NCBI GenBank assembly: GCA_965230295.1 | Contig: OZ246001.1 | Span: 2,144,001 to 2,208,000, forward strand | DNA from: Marinicella sp. | GTDB lineage: Bacteria > Pseudomonadota > Gammaproteobacteria > Xanthomonadales > Marinicellaceae | Direction of reading: 5' to 3' | DNA length: 64,000 bases | In this document: positions 1 to 9,179 of the stretch, in pieces | How the letters are laid out: the number at the start of each line of letters is the position of its first letter | Numbering within the stretch: the first letter of the stretch is position 1 | Position numbers and translations under genes: made by a program | Notes under the pieces: model-generated | Databases searched by the model: none | What the model was told of the DNA's origin: nothing | What the model saw: only the letters and a program-made list of their open reading frames with translations

Positions 1-1584
1 AATTTGGGTTTGGATAAGGTCACCTATGTCAGTCAAGAAGCTGAAGCCATATTGGGTTACTCAGTAGATCAATGGTTAACGGAACCTCATTTTTTTTCTA
101 AGAAGATCCATCCTGATGACCTTTCAAAGGTCAAAGACAACATGCATCTGGATGATCTGCATGAGAAACATGTAGAAATTGAATACCGCATCCGTCATGC
201 CAGTGGCACCTATCGATGGTTCAGAGATGTGCTATACATTCCTGATGACTTTGCCGATTCCAATGAAGTGATGGGGATGTTAATAGACATCACAGACAAA
301 AAGAATGACACTGAAAAGATCCAGCATTTGGCATTTCATGATTATTTAACACAGTTGCCCAATAGACAAAAGTTTCAGACAGCGCTCAATGACATGATTA
401 ATCAGGCTTTGAATGAGCAAAAATTCGGTGCTGTGTTATTTCTGGACATGGACCGTTTCAAAGTTTTGAATGATGCATTGGGACATCATTTTGGTGACCA
501 ACTCTTGTTAAAAATTGCTGAACGATTACGCCGGTATGCGGATGATTTTAAAGTGATCGCGCGGTTTGGGGGCGATGAGTTTGTGTTGGCGACTGATTGT
601 GAGTATCCCAATGCCAATGACGCTGCTGTCCAGATCATCATGATGGCGGAACAAATCATCCAAAGTTTAGCTGAACCCTACAAAATCAATGACAACCAAC
701 ACATCTGTACAGTCAGTATGGGCATCACCATTTACCCCAATGAATCGGCAACTGTGAATGACATCATTCGGCAAGCCGATGTGGCAATGTATCGATCCAA
801 AGAGCAAGGCAGGAACAAAGTCACCATGTATCACCACAGCATGAAAAAAGAAAATGACAAAATGCTGTATGTTGAACAGGTACTCAGAAATGCGGTCAGT
901 AATGACAGTTTTATACTGAAGTACCAGCCCATTGTTGACGCGAATAGAGAGGTGGTTTGTTTCGAATCCCTGATCAGGATTTTCAATAAACAACAAACAA
1001 TTTTTCCGGATGAATTCATACCCGTCGCTGAAGATACAGACCTGATCCAACCTGTTGGTAGGTGGGTCATTTCGCATGCCTGCCTGAAAATAATGGATTG
1101 TGACCACAGCGTTTCAGTCAATGTCAGCACCAAGCAATTTCACCAACAAGGCTTCATCATGTACATTGATCAAATCATGAAGCGATTTGCGGTCGGTGCA
1201 GGGAAGTTAACCATCGAGTTGACCGAAGGCGTGGTGGTAGGTAACCTGAACGAAATTCAGTACAAGTTCCAGCGTTTGAAGGACATGGGTGTGTTGATTG
1301 CCATTGATGATTTTGGCACAGGGTATTCTTCGTTGGAATATTTGCGGCAGCTGCCCATTGATTATTTAAAAATAGACAAGAGCTTTGTCTCTGATCTGAA
1401 CACCAACAACAGCTCGCAAGTGATCATTGAAACCATCATTTCTATGGCCAAGCACTTGGATTTAGAAACTGTTGCTGAAGGGGTTGAGACTGAAGAGCAG
1501 TTTTCTATCCTCAAATCCATCGGCTGTGACTATTTTCAGGGTTATTTATTTGGTAAGCCCGGGGACCTGATGGCCATTGAATAA
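1..1584 (+). CDS. PAS-GGDEF-EAL c-di-GMP signalling protein (5' end lies outside the window)
   Basis: PAS/PAC (IHPDD...EYRI...W), GGDEF domain (DRFKVLND.LGH..GD, RFGGDEF) and EAL domain (ESLIR variant, IELTE, DDFGTGYSS, KID, AEGVE). The frame is open from base 1. Confidence 0.93.
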   Translation, partial: NLGLDKVTYVSQEAEAILGYSVDQWLTEPHFFSKKIHPDDLSKVKDNMHLDDLHEKHVEIEYRIRHASGTYRWFRDVLYIPDDFADSNEVMGMLIDITDKKNDTEKIQHLAFHDYLTQLPNRQKFQTALNDMINQALNEQKFGAVLFLDMDRFKVLNDALGHHFGDQLLLKIAERLRRYADDFKVIARFGGDEFVLATDCEYPNANDAAVQIIMMAEQIIQSLAEPYKINDNQHICTVSMGITIYPNESATVNDIIRQADVAMYRSKEQGRNKVTMYHHSMKKENDKMLYVEQVLRNAVSNDSFILKYQPIVDANREVVCFESLIRIFNKQQTIFPDEFIPVAEDTDLIQPVGRWVISHACLKIMDCDHSVSVNVSTKQFHQQGFIMYIDQIMKRFAVGAGKLTIELTEGVVVGNLNEIQYKFQRLKDMGVLIAIDDFGTGYSSLEYLRQLPIDYLKIDKSFVSDLNTNNSSQVIIETIISMAKHLDLETVAEGVETEEQFSILKSIGCDYFQGYLFGKPGDLMAIE

Positions 1585-1657
1585 GTACAGAGGCTTGTAA
1601 TTAAGACCGGATCTTGCTTAAGATGTGCGACTTTTCTATTCCATTAATCTAAGAACT

Positions 1658-3637
1658 GTGCTCAATCACCCACAACAACAAGCAGTCAAGGAAACCGATC
1701 ATCCCTTATTGGTTCTGGCCGGTGCGGGTTGTGGAAAAACCAGGGTGATCACTGAAAAGATGGCTCACTTGGTTAACCAGGGGTTTTGTCGCCCAGAGGG
1801 TGTCTACGCCATAACCTTCACCAACAAAGCAGCCAAAGAAATGAAAAGCCGTGCCATGCAAATGGTAAAGGGTGGGGAATCATTGAACATTTCTACGTTT
1901 CATGCATTGGGTTTGCGGCTTTTACAGCAAGAAATCAAACACACCCAATTCCAACGGGGTTTCAGTATTTTAGATACCACTGAATGCCAGAAAGTCATTC
2001 AAGGCTTATTGCCCAAAGGCATAAAAAAAGATGTTTGTAACCAGCTACAGTGGCAAATGTCTGGATGGAAAAATGCAGCATTAAAACCCCATGAAGTGAG
2101 CTCAAAGGTACCCATGGCTGTGGATATTTATCAACAGTATCTGGACTACATGATCAGCATCAATGCCATGGATTTTGATGATTTGATCTTGCAGCCACTG
2201 TGGTTGCTCACCACCAATCCGGAAGTACAGCAACGCTGGCTACAGCAAATCAAATACCTGATGGTTGATGAATACCAGGATACCAATGGCAGCCAATATG
2301 AACTGTTGAAACTGTTGGTGGGCCAAGGTAAACACCTGACTTGCGTCGGAGACGATGATCAATCCATATATGGTTGGCGTGGCGCACAAGCTGAAAATTT
2401 ACAGTTGTTACAACGGGATTTTCCTGCTTTGAAAGTCATTAAGTTGGAACAAAATTACCGGTCTAACAGCACCATCTTAGATGCAGCCAATGCAGTGATT
2501 CAACACAACCCTCATCCTTTTGAGAAAAAAATCTGGAGTGATCTGGGCCAAGGCGACCCGATTCAAATCTTACCTTACCCCAATGCTGAAACTGAAGCAC
2601 AACAGGTGGTGGCTGACATCAATTTTCACAAACAAGTCAACCACAAGAACTTTGCTGATTTTGCCATCCTTTACCGTTCCAATCACCAGGCTAAATTGAT
2701 AGAACAAGAGCTGCGAATCAGTAATTTGCCTTACCAAATGTCTGGTGGCAGGTCGTTTTTTGATTACAGTGAAATCAAAGATCTAATGGCCTACATCCGT
2801 TTATTGGTCAACCCCAAAGACAATGCCGCTTTCTTGCGGGTGATCAATACACCGAAACGTGGTATTGGGATGCAAACGGTTCAGCAAATTTCTGCGGTTG
2901 CTAAGCGCACAGGTAAAAGCATGTTCATCACTTGCTGTCAGTCAAATCTGCTTGGTGAATTGTCAGACATGGCACAGTCCCGCATCAAGACATTCGTTAA
3001 CTTAATTCAAAAGCACCAAAATATGAACTCGTCAGCGGAGCAGGTGGTCTCTTCGTTGATCAGACAAATTGATTACCTGGATTACGTCAATTTGTCATCC
3101 AACAACAGGCTGGCAAAAATCAACAAAACCAAACTCGTTAAAGATTTCATGAAATGGATCGATGCGTTGGGCAGTAAACAGCATTTGCCCTTGGACGAAC
3201 TGTTGAATTATCTGTCCTTACAAACCACCCAGGAAGAAGACGCCAGTGAAGATGCCATTCGAATGATGACTTTACATGCGGCCAAAGGATTGGAGTTTGA
3301 ACATGTGTATCTGATTGGTGTTGAAGAAGGGATTCTACCACATGCCAACTCTTTGGCCGATGCTGAAGTGGAAAACAGTGCAGTAGAAGAAGAACGTCGA
3401 TTGATGTACGTTGGAATGACCCGTGCCATGCAACAATTGAAGATTTCTTATGTTAAAAAGCGCAAAAAACGGTTTCCAGAAGAGACAGGCCCTACCGCCG
3501 CTGGACCCAGTCGGTTTTTGGATGAAATCCCCCATTCATTGACCAGTGGCCACCCGGGTCAAAAACGCACAGAGGCCGAACAAGCTGCCAACAACAAGAA
3601 AAACTTTGCGGCCATCAAAGCCCTGCTGGGTGATTGA
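1658..3637 (+). CDS. rep: Rep (UvrD/Rep superfamily 1A) ATP-dependent DNA helicase
   Basis: LVLAGAGCGKT, ITFTNKAAKEM, STFH, VDEYQDTN, VGDDDQSIYGWRGA, LEQNYRS, TLHAAKGLEF, EEERRLMYVGMTRA. Short amphipathic C-terminal tail as in Rep. Likely start is GTG 1658 (MLNHPQQ). Confidence 0.88.
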   Translation: MLNHPQQQAVKETDHPLLVLAGAGCGKTRVITEKMAHLVNQGFCRPEGVYAITFTNKAAKEMKSRAMQMVKGGESLNISTFHALGLRLLQQEIKHTQFQRGFSILDTTECQKVIQGLLPKGIKKDVCNQLQWQMSGWKNAALKPHEVSSKVPMAVDIYQQYLDYMISINAMDFDDLILQPLWLLTTNPEVQQRWLQQIKYLMVDEYQDTNGSQYELLKLLVGQGKHLTCVGDDDQSIYGWRGAQAENLQLLQRDFPALKVIKLEQNYRSNSTILDAANAVIQHNPHPFEKKIWSDLGQGDPIQILPYPNAETEAQQVVADINFHKQVNHKNFADFAILYRSNHQAKLIEQELRISNLPYQMSGGRSFFDYSEIKDLMAYIRLLVNPKDNAAFLRVINTPKRGIGMQTVQQISAVAKRTGKSMFITCCQSNLLGELSDMAQSRIKTFVNLIQKHQNMNSSAEQVVSSLIRQIDYLDYVNLSSNNRLAKINKTKLVKDFMKWIDALGSKQHLPLDELLNYLSLQTTQEEDASEDAIRMMTLHAAKGLEFEHVYLIGVEEGILPHANSLADAEVENSAVEEERRLMYVGMTRAMQQLKISYVKKRKKRFPEETGPTAAGPSRFLDEIPHSLTSGHPGQKRTEAEQAANNKKNFAAIKALLGD

Positions 3638-3639
3638 GT

Positions 3640-4314
3640 TCAGTTCAATGGGTGGCTGTCAAACAAGTCTTCCCATTGGGCGAATAAAAATTGTGGTTTA
3701 CTGATCAAGTTGATTTTTAAATCACCTTTGCGACTGGCCAAACATTGGTGGCCTGATTCGCCCCCTACATTTTCTTGAGTCAAGTTGATACATGGGTCAT
3801 TGTTGGCCATTTGTTCTAAAGTTTCGGTAAATTCAACAGGAGCAATGATGTTGGCTACCTGATTACGCAAAGTACTTGAGCACCCTGACTCGCTCTTTTC
3901 ACAGGCAGCAAAGTTGATGTTACTCGGAGCCACCATCAGGGTTTCTCGCTGTAATAACCTCACTTCTTTAGCCGTTTCTTGTCGATAAATGGGGTGTGCA
4001 TACGCCCACAATAACATGGGTTTTAATATGCGTTGCTGGGCTGCATTGTACTGGTGAAAGTTCTTGATCAGCTGTTGGCTGTGACTGAGCAGTTGATAAG
4101 GCTCATCGCTGACAGCTAACAAGTACAAGTCTATGATCTGTTGATTTTGTTGGTTGAGTTTAAGCCGAGAATTTGCGGCCACTATTTTATTGTGATCCTG
4201 GGCCACCAAGGCCGCAATGAGCAATCCATTTTGACTGTTTTTTCGTTGATTGCCTGGGCTACCGCATGCGGCCAATAATGCAGTGAAAATAAGGAATAAG
4301 CCAAATTTATACAT
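3640..4314 (-). CDS. hypothetical lipoprotein
   Basis: 224-aa ORF with a hydrophobic signal and lipobox LAAC. Four further Cys. No recognisable family. Confidence 0.7.
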   Translation of the reverse strand: MYKFGLFLIFTALLAACGSPGNQRKNSQNGLLIAALVAQDHNKIVAANSRLKLNQQNQQIIDLYLLAVSDEPYQLLSHSQQLIKNFHQYNAAQQRILKPMLLWAYAHPIYRQETAKEVRLLQRETLMVAPSNINFAACEKSESGCSSTLRNQVANIIAPVEFTETLEQMANNDPCINLTQENVGGESGHQCLASRKGDLKINLISKPQFLFAQWEDLFDSHPLN

Positions 4315-4394
4315 AAAAACTCTCTATAATACTGAACAAGTAGAATCGTCAGATTAAAGCTTAAGCCATAAACGCGTGTTATTTTTTTGAATTT

Positions 4395-4420
4395 TGTAAC
4401 AAAATTGGAATTAATACGTC
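4395..4420 (+). promoter_or_regulatory. ECF sigma-type promoter (TGTAAC-N16-CGTC), probably autoregulatory
   Basis: tgtaac 4395-4400, a 16-nt spacer, then cgtc 4417-4420, directly upstream of an ECF sigma gene. Fits the generic AAC(-35)/CGT(-10) ECF pattern. Confidence 0.6.
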
Positions 4421-4451
4421 CTAATGGTTGAAAAGTAAACATTTAAAATGC

Positions 4452-4943
4452 ATGAATATTTGGTATCGCCTACAAGTTAGTAAGAACCAGCATGGACTGT
4501 ATGCCTTGGCATACCAAATGTTAGGCAACCAATTAGAGGCTGAAGATGTGGTGCAAGACACCTTCATTAAATTGTGGCAACGCAAAGAAAAAGGTGGCGA
4601 TTATGAAAAGGCTTGGTTGTATAAAGTAACCAGGAACCACTGCTTAGATATCCTGCGCAGGCGTAAACATGTGTATGAGTATCAGGTTGCACAAGCCGTA
4701 GGCAGCGATGTGGCACCTTCAGCCAGTGATGCTGTTTTGAATGAAGAACTTTCTGGCGAAATAGGTAAAGCCATCAGCCAACTGGAAGAACCTTACCAAT
4801 CACTGCTGGTGATGCGTGAGGTCAATGGATTAAGTTACCAGGTGTTGGCAGACGCGTTGGAATTGAGTTTATCGCAAACCAAGGTTTACCTACACAGGGC
4901 CAGAAAACAATTGAAAGAAAGTTTGGAAAAAACATATGCGTAA
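4452..4943 (+). CDS. ECF (sigma-70 group 4) RNA polymerase sigma factor
   Basis: Region 2 (EAEDVVQDTFIKLW...KAWLYKVTRNHCLDILRRRK) and region 4 (GLSYQVLADALELSLSQTKVYLHRARKQLKE). Alternative start is TTG 4428. Confidence 0.93.
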   Translation: MNIWYRLQVSKNQHGLYALAYQMLGNQLEAEDVVQDTFIKLWQRKEKGGDYEKAWLYKVTRNHCLDILRRRKHVYEYQVAQAVGSDVAPSASDAVLNEELSGEIGKAISQLEEPYQSLLVMREVNGLSYQVLADALELSLSQTKVYLHRARKQLKESLEKTYA

Positions 4944-5316
4944 GCAAAGAATTGAACAACAGGTGTCAGCAGAACTGACCAGCTATTTTGAACAAGCTCG
5001 CAAGGCCAAGTGTCCACCGAGTATGAAACAAAAACTGTATGAAAAAATTGGCATCCAACAGAAGAATGCCTGGTTTAAACCAGCCATGGCATTTTCTATG
5101 GTGGCTGTATTGTCTTTGGGTTTGGTTTGGCAAAATCACCAACAGACTCAAAGCGAACAGTTGGCCGCTGCTGAAAGAGACATGCAGATTGCGATGCACT
5201 ACATGCAAAAAATAAGTGCCAAGACCTTGCAAGACACCAATACCCATGGCATTAAACCAGCCATTATCGTACCCGTTTCCAAGTCAATGTCACAAATGGC
5301 CATGGCACAGATTTAG
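4936..5316 (+). CDS. single-pass membrane protein, putative anti-sigma factor
   Basis: Overlaps the sigma stop codon. Short cytoplasmic N-terminus, one TM segment (WFKPAMAFSMVAVLSLGLVW) and a short helical C-terminal part. Confidence 0.7.
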   Translation: MRKQRIEQQVSAELTSYFEQARKAKCPPSMKQKLYEKIGIQQKNAWFKPAMAFSMVAVLSLGLVWQNHQQTQSEQLAAAERDMQIAMHYMQKISAKTLQDTNTHGIKPAIIVPVSKSMSQMAMAQI

Positions 5317-5328
5317 TGGAGTGAAAAA

Positions 5329-5844
5329 ATGAAAAAAACCATACTATTTACCAGTCTATTATTGCTGTCTTTTCAGCTCAGGGCCCAAGACGTGATGAAT
5401 CAGTTACAATCGATGATTGGGGTTGAACCCTCAGTTGAGATCAATCTGGGCTCTGCCATGCTGGGCTTGCTCAGTGGCATGACCAGTGAAGAAAAGCAGG
5501 TTTCTGAAATCATGAAAAACTTGACTGAAATTTCTGTCCGGGTCTATGACCTGGACGATGGGGACTTCAAAGGAGACCTCAAACAAGTCAAATCTTTCAT
5601 CAACAGTACAGCGGGCGAAATGAAATCGCTGGGGATGCAACAATTGGCAGCCATCCGAGAGGATGATTCCACTGTTTACATCATGGCTGAAATGGGCGAT
5701 GACAACATGAAAGGCCTGTCAGTGATGGCTTTGGATGACGATTCAGAGCTGGTGGTGATAAAAATAGGTGGTCAAATCATGCTCAAAGATTTGGCGGGTT
5801 TGATGAATCGGTTTGATGTTGACCTCAGTGACATTGATATGTGA
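5329..5844 (+). CDS. DUF4252-like exported protein
   Basis: Signal peptide (ends LRA-Q). Pattern VEINLG.MLGLL...LTEISVRVY...ELVVIKIGG.I.LKDL typical of DUF4252. RBS GGAG. Follows the ECF/anti-sigma pair. Confidence 0.75.
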   Translation: MKKTILFTSLLLLSFQLRAQDVMNQLQSMIGVEPSVEINLGSAMLGLLSGMTSEEKQVSEIMKNLTEISVRVYDLDDGDFKGDLKQVKSFINSTAGEMKSLGMQQLAAIREDDSTVYIMAEMGDDNMKGLSVMALDDDSELVVIKIGGQIMLKDLAGLMNRFDVDLSDIDM

Positions 5845-5943
5845 ATGAAATTGATATAAAAAAAGTGCAAAGCAGGCTTTACATTCACTATACATGGCAT
5901 TAAAATACGCCGTCTTGTTTGATACAGAACATTGGAAACAGTT

Positions 5944-6189
5944 ATGAAAAAAGATATTCATCCAGAATACAGAGAAGTGGTATTTCAAGACGCCGGTGCT
6001 GATTTTGCATTTTTGACGCGTTCTTGCATACATTCTAAAGATACCATTAAATGGGAAGATGGTAATGAGTATCCGTTAGTTAAGATCGAGATTTCATCTA
6101 AATCACACCCTTACTACACTGGCCAACAAAAAGTGGCTGATTCGGGTGGACGTGTGGATCGATTCAAGCGCAGATACCAAAGAAAATAA
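5944..6189 (+). CDS. rpmE2: 50S ribosomal protein L31 type B (Zn-independent)
   Basis: [16 protein letters not shown]...WEDGNEYPL...[11 protein letters not shown]...[10 protein letters not shown], with no CxxC pairs. Confidence 0.96.
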   Translation: MKKDIHPEYREVVFQDAGADFAFLTRSCIHSKDTIKWEDGNEYPLVKIEISSKSHPYYTGQQKVADSGGRVDRFKRRYQRK

Positions 6190-6226
6190 GCCTGATTCAG
6201 ACAGGCACCCCGAAGAAACAAAAATT

Positions 6227-6251
6227 AAACCCGATACATTCGGGTTTTTTT
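6227..6251 (+). terminator. intrinsic terminator after rpmE2
   Basis: aaacccga-tacat-tcgggttt followed by a T run. Confidence 0.75.
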
Positions 6252-6423
6252 GTGCCCGCATGGATACCAGCTTGGCAAACACCGAGACCAGGTCATCAGC
6301 TAAACTGCTTTAATATATATGCACTAAAGTGTAAAATGAACGATTGTTTGAATAACAAAAACGCACAGCTGGAATCAAGCCGTGACTGAGAATAATAAAA
6401 GACCCTAAATTGGAGAGTTTTAG

Positions 6424-7713
6424 ATGAGTGAAGATGTCGTAAAAGTCATTACCCCGGACGGACAAACAGCTGAATTACCAGTGATTCGAGCTGAGATGGG
6501 CCCACCCACATTTGATATCAAAACCTTACATAAGCAAACAGGCTATTTCACATATGATTCAGGTTTCGCAGCCACGGGTGCTTGCAAAAGTGACATCACA
6601 TTCATTGATGGTGGCAAAGGCATCTTGTTATACCGTGGCTATCCCATTGAACAATTGGCCGAAAGCAGTAACTTCATGGAAGTGACTTATTTGTTGATGA
6701 ATGGTGAATTGCCCAATGCACAACAATACGATGACTTCAATCAACTGATCACTCGCCACACCATGGTCCATGAAAAAATCAGGTCATTCATGAAAGGCTT
6801 TCAATACGACGCGCATCCTATGGCAATGATGATGAGTGTGATTGGTTCATTCTCAGCCTTTTACCATGATGGGGTGAATGTCAACAACCCAGAAGACCGA
6901 AAAATGGCAGCGATCAGATTGATCGCTAAGATGCCGACAGTGGCTGCAGCGGTGTATAAAAATTACGTTGGACAACCATTTATGTACCCACAAAACAAAT
7001 TGGGGTTCACAGAGCGTTTGTTGCACATGATGTATGGTGTTCCAGCTGAACCTTATGAAATCAATCCGGTGGCTGCTAAGGCATTGGATTTGTTGTTTAT
7101 CTTGCATGCCGATCACGAACAAAATGCCAGTACATCGACAGTGCGTTTGGTGGGATCTACTGGAGCCAACCCTTTTGCCTGTATTTCAGCAGGCATTGCC
7201 TCTCTGTGGGGACCGGCACATGGTGGTGCCAATGAAGCGGTGTTGAATATGTTGGATGAGATTGGTGATGTCAGCCAAATTGATAAATATGTGGCCAAAG
7301 CCAAAGACAAGAATGACCCGTTCAGGTTGATGGGCTTCGGTCATCGTGTTTATAAAAACTTTGACCCCAGGGCCACCATCATTCGCAAAGCATGTCACGA
7401 AGTGCTTGAAGATTTAGGTATACAGGATCCACAACTGGAATTAGCCATGAAACTGGAAGAAATTGCTTTGAAGGATGAGTATTTTGTGGCCAGAAAACTG
7501 TATCCAAACGTTGATTTCTACTCAGGCATTATCTACAAAGCATTAGGCATTCCGGTGCAAATGTTCACAGTGATGTTTGCCATTGCCAGGACTGTTGGTT
7601 GGACTTCTCAGTGGTTGGAACAATATGAGACACCTGATACACGCATCGGTAGACCAAGACAAGTGTATGGTGGTGCTCAAACCAGAGATTATGTGAGTAT
7701 CAACAATCGATAA
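6424..7713 (+). CDS. gltA: citrate synthase (type II)
   Basis: [51 protein letters not shown]. Confidence 0.98.
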   Translation: MSEDVVKVITPDGQTAELPVIRAEMGPPTFDIKTLHKQTGYFTYDSGFAATGACKSDITFIDGGKGILLYRGYPIEQLAESSNFMEVTYLLMNGELPNAQQYDDFNQLITRHTMVHEKIRSFMKGFQYDAHPMAMMMSVIGSFSAFYHDGVNVNNPEDRKMAAIRLIAKMPTVAAAVYKNYVGQPFMYPQNKLGFTERLLHMMYGVPAEPYEINPVAAKALDLLFILHADHEQNASTSTVRLVGSTGANPFACISAGIASLWGPAHGGANEAVLNMLDEIGDVSQIDKYVAKAKDKNDPFRLMGFGHRVYKNFDPRATIIRKACHEVLEDLGIQDPQLELAMKLEEIALKDEYFVARKLYPNVDFYSGIIYKALGIPVQMFTVMFAIARTVGWTSQWLEQYETPDTRIGRPRQVYGGAQTRDYVSINNR

Positions 7714-7825
7714 TTCCAATTTCGACGAAAAGCTACAGCGGCATTTACTCCGGCTTGGGGTCGACTTAATTGCGATCAATAAGCAGCTGCCCAAAAACCT
7801 GACCCTGTCATTACAAGATGGGGTT

Positions 7826-8419
7826 TTGTGTTTATCAACCACAGAAAACCCACAAAGTGTCTTGAATGTTGATTTTTTGGGTGGGGCATTGTCTTACCGA
7901 AGTCAACAACACTTGGGAGGAGAAAACTTGATCAAAGCCTGTCGAATCAAGGGCCGAGAGCACATCAAGATTCTGGATGGAACCTGTGGATTAGGTACCG
8001 ACAGCTTCTTATTACAGCAGGCGGGGTTTGTGGTGACTGCCACTGAACATAATCCAATCATTCAAGCATTATTGGCCGATGGCATCCAGCGTTTCCAACA
8101 ACAAAGAGGCCCCTGTTTTGAGCTGTTGTTTCAAGACGCAAAACAATTGATGGCTGAAAAAGCATTCGAGGTCATATACCTGGATCCCATGTTTCCAGCC
8201 AAAACCAAATCGGCCAAAACCAAAAAAACCATGCAGCTGTTTCAAGCCATTCATCAGGAGGCCACTGATCAGGCAACCATGCTGTTGGATCAAGCTTTAA
8301 AAAGCCAATGTAGCCGGGTTGTGATCAAAAGGCCCAGTAAATCTCCATTGTTGACTCACTACAAACCGACCTTCCAAGTCAGTGGCAAAACTTGTCGGTT
8401 TGATGTTTATCAGATTTAG
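7826..8419 (+). CDS. rsmJ: 16S rRNA m2G1516 methyltransferase RsmJ (YhiQ); true start probably further upstream
   Basis: VDF.GG...R, ILDGTCGLGTDSF, VIYLDPMFP, RVVIKRP, RFDVY. The frame stays open back to 7697. Confidence 0.85.
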   Translation: MCLSTTENPQSVLNVDFLGGALSYRSQQHLGGENLIKACRIKGREHIKILDGTCGLGTDSFLLQQAGFVVTATEHNPIIQALLADGIQRFQQQRGPCFELLFQDAKQLMAEKAFEVIYLDPMFPAKTKSAKTKKTMQLFQAIHQEATDQATMLLDQALKSQCSRVVIKRPSKSPLLTHYKPTFQVSGKTCRFDVYQI

Positions 8420-8567
8420 GCATGAGCCTTATGGGCGAAAATAACGCCCAATAGCATAAAAATATACAAAAAATGTTAATTTTGGCACGAAATTTTACAT
8501 TTTTATATGCTCACTTCTTTGAACATTTTATATAATAAATGAGTGTAATTAAAAAAGTGTGTATAAA

Positions 8568-9119
8568 ATGAAAAAAACCAGCAATAGCAAGTCCGCTATG
8601 AGCGGATCCGTTTCTTCGGTCGCCAAAATTATGGCGAAAGCCACCTTACAAAATGACTTTCCATACAAAGAATTTATGGAATTTTACAAAATGCATATGG
8701 TGAGGTTGGCCAAGCAAGAAAAGAAAAAATCAACTGTGGTCGAGATTTCAGCCCGTACCGGTATTGATCGCCGATTCATAGCGCCGTACATCAACAGTGA
8801 TGAAATCACCATCAAACCATCAAAAGTAGCCAAGGTATATGCCGATGTGTTGGCATTCTGTGAGAAAAACGACACCAAAAAGATTTTAAAGAATGATGAC
8901 AAAAAGTCTTTTGAAGTGCTGTGTCAAAAACACGCCAATGGCAGCTTAACACCCAAAGCGATTTACACTGAATTGTGGCGCTTAGGTTTGATGAAAGATG
9001 TGGGAACTCATTATAAGTTGAAGAAAGCATCGACCTCAGAGAAGAAAATAGCCAAAGCCACCAAGCGCATGAAAGCCTTGAGTGAAGACATTGAAAAGGC
9101 AGCCAAGGATCACCTATAA
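8568..9119 (+). CDS. lysine-rich DUF6502-like HTH protein
   Basis: Y.EF...K...V..A, EISARTGIDRR (HTH-like), SFE.L...TPKAIYTELWRLGL recall DUF6502. Family call is from pattern memory. Confidence 0.55.
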   Translation: MKKTSNSKSAMSGSVSSVAKIMAKATLQNDFPYKEFMEFYKMHMVRLAKQEKKKSTVVEISARTGIDRRFIAPYINSDEITIKPSKVAKVYADVLAFCEKNDTKKILKNDDKKSFEVLCQKHANGSLTPKAIYTELWRLGLMKDVGTHYKLKKASTSEKKIAKATKRMKALSEDIEKAAKDHL

Positions 9120-9132
9120 ATACCTGAACCAT

Positions 9133-9161
9133 TGAATGGTCCAAACGGACCATTCATTGAG
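9133..9161. terminator. hairpin between convergent genes
   Basis: tgaatggtcc-aaac-ggaccattca perfect 10-bp stem. Confidence 0.55.
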
Positions 9162-9179
9162 TGTTAACAGGCCCTGGGG

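Noticed and set aside
5845-5943. Zur box / zinc-regulated L31 paralogue
   Set aside because: No Zur-like palindrome is visible and no L36 paralogue follows; this is probably the housekeeping L31 in this lineage.
8483-8499. Sigma-54 promoter (TGGCACG) upstream of the DUF6502-like gene
   Set aside because: The -12 position reads TA instead of GC at the required GG-N10-GC spacing.
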